Under the pieces are notes generated by a model. The model saw only the letters and a program-made list of their open reading frames with translations. It searched no databases and was not told where the DNA came from. A stretch of 34,096 bases of DNA from Pirellulales bacterium (GTDB lineage: Bacteria; Planctomycetota; Planctomycetia; Pirellulales; JAICIG01), in NCBI GenBank assembly GCA_035606815.1, contig DATNEC010000443.1:1-34096 (forward strand), read 5' to 3'. Each line of letters begins with the position of its first letter. Positions within the stretch are counted from its first letter, which is position 1. The position numbers and the translations under genes were made by a program. Below, in pieces: positions 31,334 to 34,096 of this stretch.

Positions 31334-32338
31334 CTAACCGACCAAACTCGCCAATCGCGGCAGGTTTTCGTCAAGACGCGCAAGCACGGCGCCGCGGTCC
31401 TCGAAATGCCGCTCGTCCAGGTAGATCCACTCCAACCAATTCAAACCGGCGAACAACGTGTTGGCCCGGTCGAAAGCCGTCGCCAGCGCGATCTCTTCCG
31501 CCGACAGCGGACGAACGGCCGAGTAGGCCTCCAACCCGTCGCGCCAAGCCTGGCGATCGTCGCCCGCCAGGCTGCCCAACAATCGCCCCACGTCGGCGGC
31601 CACCGTATCGGTCCGCAGCGCGCCAAAATCGACCAGGCCGCTCACCTGCCCTCCCTCGAAGAGCACGTGATCGTGCCAGACGTCGCGAATGCAAGGCTGC
31701 AAGGGCGCGATCCACTCGGCCGCGAGCGCCAGTGCGCTTTGCACGAGCGGAACGGCCCCCGGCGCAAGTTCCAACCATTGACGGGCCTTCAGCGCCGCTT
31801 CGGGCCAGTCGCCGGGAACGACCGCCTCGGACAATCGCCCCAACCGATCCGGCGAGCAGGCGCGCAACCGTTCGAGCCGCTCGCGAATTCCCGGCGGCGC
31901 GTCGCCGCCGCGATCGGGCAAGGGGAACGAAGCCGCCGCCAAGTGAAACTCTGCCAATGTCGTCATCGCGGCCCGGAGACGGCTCGGGCTGGGCGCTTGG
32001 CGATAGTCGGCCTTGCCAGGCAGCCAGGGCGCCAATTCCCAAAGCCGGCCCGCCTCGCAGACATACCCGGCGTGCGAGCGCGTTTCGAGCGGCAGCGGAA
32101 GCCGGCGAAAGCCTTCCTGATGCACATGCCAAAGCACGGCTTGGATGAACTCCAACCGCTCGCGGCTGGGGTGTTCGCGAGGCCAGCAGCGCAAGCAAAG
32201 CGGCCCGCGCTCGGTTTCCAGCCGCCAGAACAAGGCCCCGCTGAACCCGCCAGCGCCGGCCAGAAACGCGACCTGGCGGGCGGCGCAACTCGGCGGATAG
32301 GCGGCAATTACCCGGCGATAGGCGGTTTCGGCGGTCAT
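31334..32338 (-). CDS. Phosphotransferase-enzyme-family (APH/CotS/homoserine-kinase-II-like) kinase (334 aa)
   Basis: Track ORF 31334..32644, with the start taken at the internal ATG at 32338 (MTAETAYRRV), because the upstream codons are Arg/Lys-rich junk. The catalytic-loop-like CIRDVWHDHVLF is followed by the LVDFGA (DFG-like) motif. Confidence 0.7.
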   Translation of the reverse strand: MTAETAYRRVIAAYPPSCAARQVAFLAGAGGFSGALFWRLETERGPLCLRCWPREHPSRERLEFIQAVLWHVHQEGFRRLPLPLETRSHAGYVCEAGRLWELAPWLPGKADYRQAPSPSRLRAAMTTLAEFHLAAASFPLPDRGGDAPPGIRERLERLRACSPDRLGRLSEAVVPGDWPEAALKARQWLELAPGAVPLVQSALALAAEWIAPLQPCIRDVWHDHVLFEGGQVSGLVDFGALRTDTVAADVGRLLGSLAGDDRQAWRDGLEAYSAVRPLSAEEIALATAFDRANTLFAGLNWLEWIYLDERHFEDRGAVLARLDENLPRLASLVG

Positions 32339-32526
32339 GGCTTTCGAGGGAATTGTACCGCTCGGCCCTAAATCTGGCGCTCCCTTTTGTTTGCGGCACG
32401 CCGTCTTGGTAGGATGGGACATATTTGACGCATTTGCGTTTGACACGCCAAGCGCATCGTGAAGAAAGTCCCAACTGGTCCGGAGGCTGCCGCCTCTGGC
32501 TCGCCGAACTCCAGAGAACCTTACCC

Positions 32527-34096
32527 ATGAAGGCCACGTTCGATCGTTCTTGCCGCTCTGCACGCGCGATGATTTGCGCGGGGTCGTTCTTTTGCTTCCT
32601 TTCGGCCGCCGGCGCCGCCCTGGCCGATCCGCCCGCCGACACATCGAAGACCCCCGCCGAAACGAAGCAAGGCGCCGGGTCGGCCGTCGCGGCCGAAGGC
32701 GGCGGCTCGTCGAGCGCCGGCAGTTCCGGCTCGTCGGCTTCCGCTCCGAAGCCCAAGTACCCGCCCTATACCGACGTGCTCAAAGAATTCAAAGCCATCG
32801 ACGGCCTGATCAAGCTGCACCACAAGGAGAACCACGTCTATGCCGAACTCTCGTCGGGCCAGTTGAATCGCGATTTCATCGTCTTGATCTCGATCGCCAA
32901 AGGCATCGGCGAGGGGCAGCTTCTGGCCGGCATGTCGTGGGGCTTCGGCGACGATTGGCTGTGGCAGTTCCGCAAAGTCGACGACAACATCCAAATCGTG
33001 CGCCGCAACGTCCGCTTTCGCGCGGCCCACGGCAGCCCGGAAGAGCGGGCCGTCAAGCTGGCCTATACCGACAGCGTGCTATTCAGCCTGCCGATTTTGA
33101 CGATCGGCCCCTCGGGCGGAATGATCGTCGATCTGACGCAGGTCTTCATGAGCGATCTGCCGCAGATTTCGCAGATGCTGCCGGGGTTCTTCTTCGCCTC
33201 CAATAAGTCGTCGTGGGCGACCGTCAAGGGCTTCGAGCAAAACGTCGAACTCGAGGTCGCGGCGACCTACGCTTCGAGCGGCATGTTCGAATTCGACACC
33301 GTGCCCGACAGCCGCGGCGCGACGATCAACGTCCACTATTCGCTCAGCCTGTTGCCGCAAACCGGCTACCAGCCGCGTCTGGCCGACGATCGCGTCGGTT
33401 ACTTTTTGACGGCCACCAAGGATTTCTCGAAGAAGAGCGACGAAGACCGCTTCGTGCGGTACATCAACCGCTGGGACTTGCAGAAGAACGATCCCTCGGC
33501 CGAATTTTCGACGCCCAAAAAGCCGATCACGTTCTATCTCGAAAAGACCGTGCCGTTCAAATATCGCAAGCCGATCAGCGACGGCATTCTGGAATGGAAC
33601 AAGGCCTTCGAGAAGGCCGGCTTCTACAACGCCGTGCAGGTTATTCAGCAGCAGGACAACGACGATTGGGATCCCGAAGACGTGCGCTACAACACCTTCC
33701 GCTGGATCACGGCCGGCGCCGGTTTTGCGATGGGGCCCAGCCGCGTGAACCCGACGACGGGCCAGATTCTCGATGCCGACATCATCTTCGACGCCGACTT
33801 CGTGCAGTTCTGGCGGCGCGAGTATGAAACGTTCACGCCGGCGAGCATCGCCGCGCTGACCGGCGGCCCGCTGGACATTGAAAGCTATCAGCGCGAAACC
33901 GCGAAGCTGCCGCAGGCGCATCGTCACCGCCTGCTTTGCCGATGCGAACTGCATCATGGAATGGCCCGCGAGTTGGCCCTCGGCGCCACGGTGTTTGCCG
34001 TGCGCGGGGCGGGCGCCGACTCCGCCGCTCAGCAGGAAAAAATCGTGATGCAAGGCTTGAAAGAGGTCGTGATGCACGAGGTCGGGCACACGCTCG
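32527..34096 (+). CDS. Secreted zinc-dependent metalloprotease (DUF5117/DUF4953-type), 3' end beyond the window
   Basis: Absent from the ORF track because there is no stop in the window. Hand translation from ATG 32527 gives MKATFDRSCRSARAMICAGSFFCFLSAAGAALADPPADTSK..., a Gly/Ser linker, then KEFKAIDGLIKLHHKENHVYAELSSGQLNRDFIV. The frame is still open at 34096, ending in LKEVVMHEVGHTL (HExxH zinc motif). Confidence 0.8.
   Translation, partial: MKATFDRSCRSARAMICAGSFFCFLSAAGAALADPPADTSKTPAETKQGAGSAVAAEGGGSSSAGSSGSSASAPKPKYPPYTDVLKEFKAIDGLIKLHHKENHVYAELSSGQLNRDFIVLISIAKGIGEGQLLAGMSWGFGDDWLWQFRKVDDNIQIVRRNVRFRAAHGSPEERAVKLAYTDSVLFSLPILTIGPSGGMIVDLTQVFMSDLPQISQMLPGFFFASNKSSWATVKGFEQNVELEVAATYASSGMFEFDTVPDSRGATINVHYSLSLLPQTGYQPRLADDRVGYFLTATKDFSKKSDEDRFVRYINRWDLQKNDPSAEFSTPKKPITFYLEKTVPFKYRKPISDGILEWNKAFEKAGFYNAVQVIQQQDNDDWDPEDVRYNTFRWITAGAGFAMGPSRVNPTTGQILDADIIFDADFVQFWRREYETFTPASIAALTGGPLDIESYQRETAKLPQAHRHRLLCRCELHHGMARELALGATVFAVRGAGADSAAQQEKIVMQGLKEVVMHEVGHTL

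Noticed and set aside
31327-33030. ORFs 31327..32148, 31371..32756, 31406..32371 and 32521..33030 overlapping the kinase-like gene and the divergent spacer
   Set aside because: Arg/Pro-rich and mutually overlapping. The 31334..32338 frame carries kinase catalytic-loop and DFG-like motifs.
32550-34089. ORFs 32550..33206, 33213..33827 (plus strand) and 33079..34089 (minus strand)
   Set aside because: They overlap the open metalloprotease frame starting at 32527 (signal peptide through HEVGH) and have shadow-ORF composition.

Overview
High-G+C (about 60-70% by hand counts of individual lines) bacterial chromosomal window. The gene content points by inference to Planctomycetota: a DUF1549/DUF1553 + DUF1501 pair, a sulfatase, Tat-signal oxidoreductase, two GroEL paralogues and many secreted hydrolases. 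I support 28 protein-coding genes. I found no rRNA, tRNA, CRISPR array, transposase or integrase. Two edge genes are absent from the ORF track because they have no in-window stop: a >=1596-codon PQQ-like beta-propeller protein (1-4790, minus) and a zinc metalloprotease (32527-34096, plus). Most long Arg/Ala-rich ORFs in the track are shadow frames of these and other real genes. The most interesting region is a six-gene chaperone cluster at 23263-29564: groEL1, groES, groEL2, dnaJ, grpE and an FmdB-type zinc-ribbon gene. It has no dnaK, no hrcA and no recognisable CIRCE or HAIR operator. Every spacer in the cluster carries an unusual low-complexity element. An A-rich GAAA(A)TCCAAAA motif flanks groES. 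Two 22-30 bp near-perfect hairpins of one repeat family, with a conserved CCCTATA 3' flank, precede dnaJ and grpE. A sigma-54-like -24/-12 box with an upstream palindrome lies ahead of groEL1. Other leads are an overlapping low-G+C DUF4160/DUF2442 pair, a DUF1549/1553-DUF1501-WD40 operon, two further palindromic repeat families, and a 665-bp stretch with no convincing gene. All family calls rest on motif recognition by eye. No database search or folding program was run.
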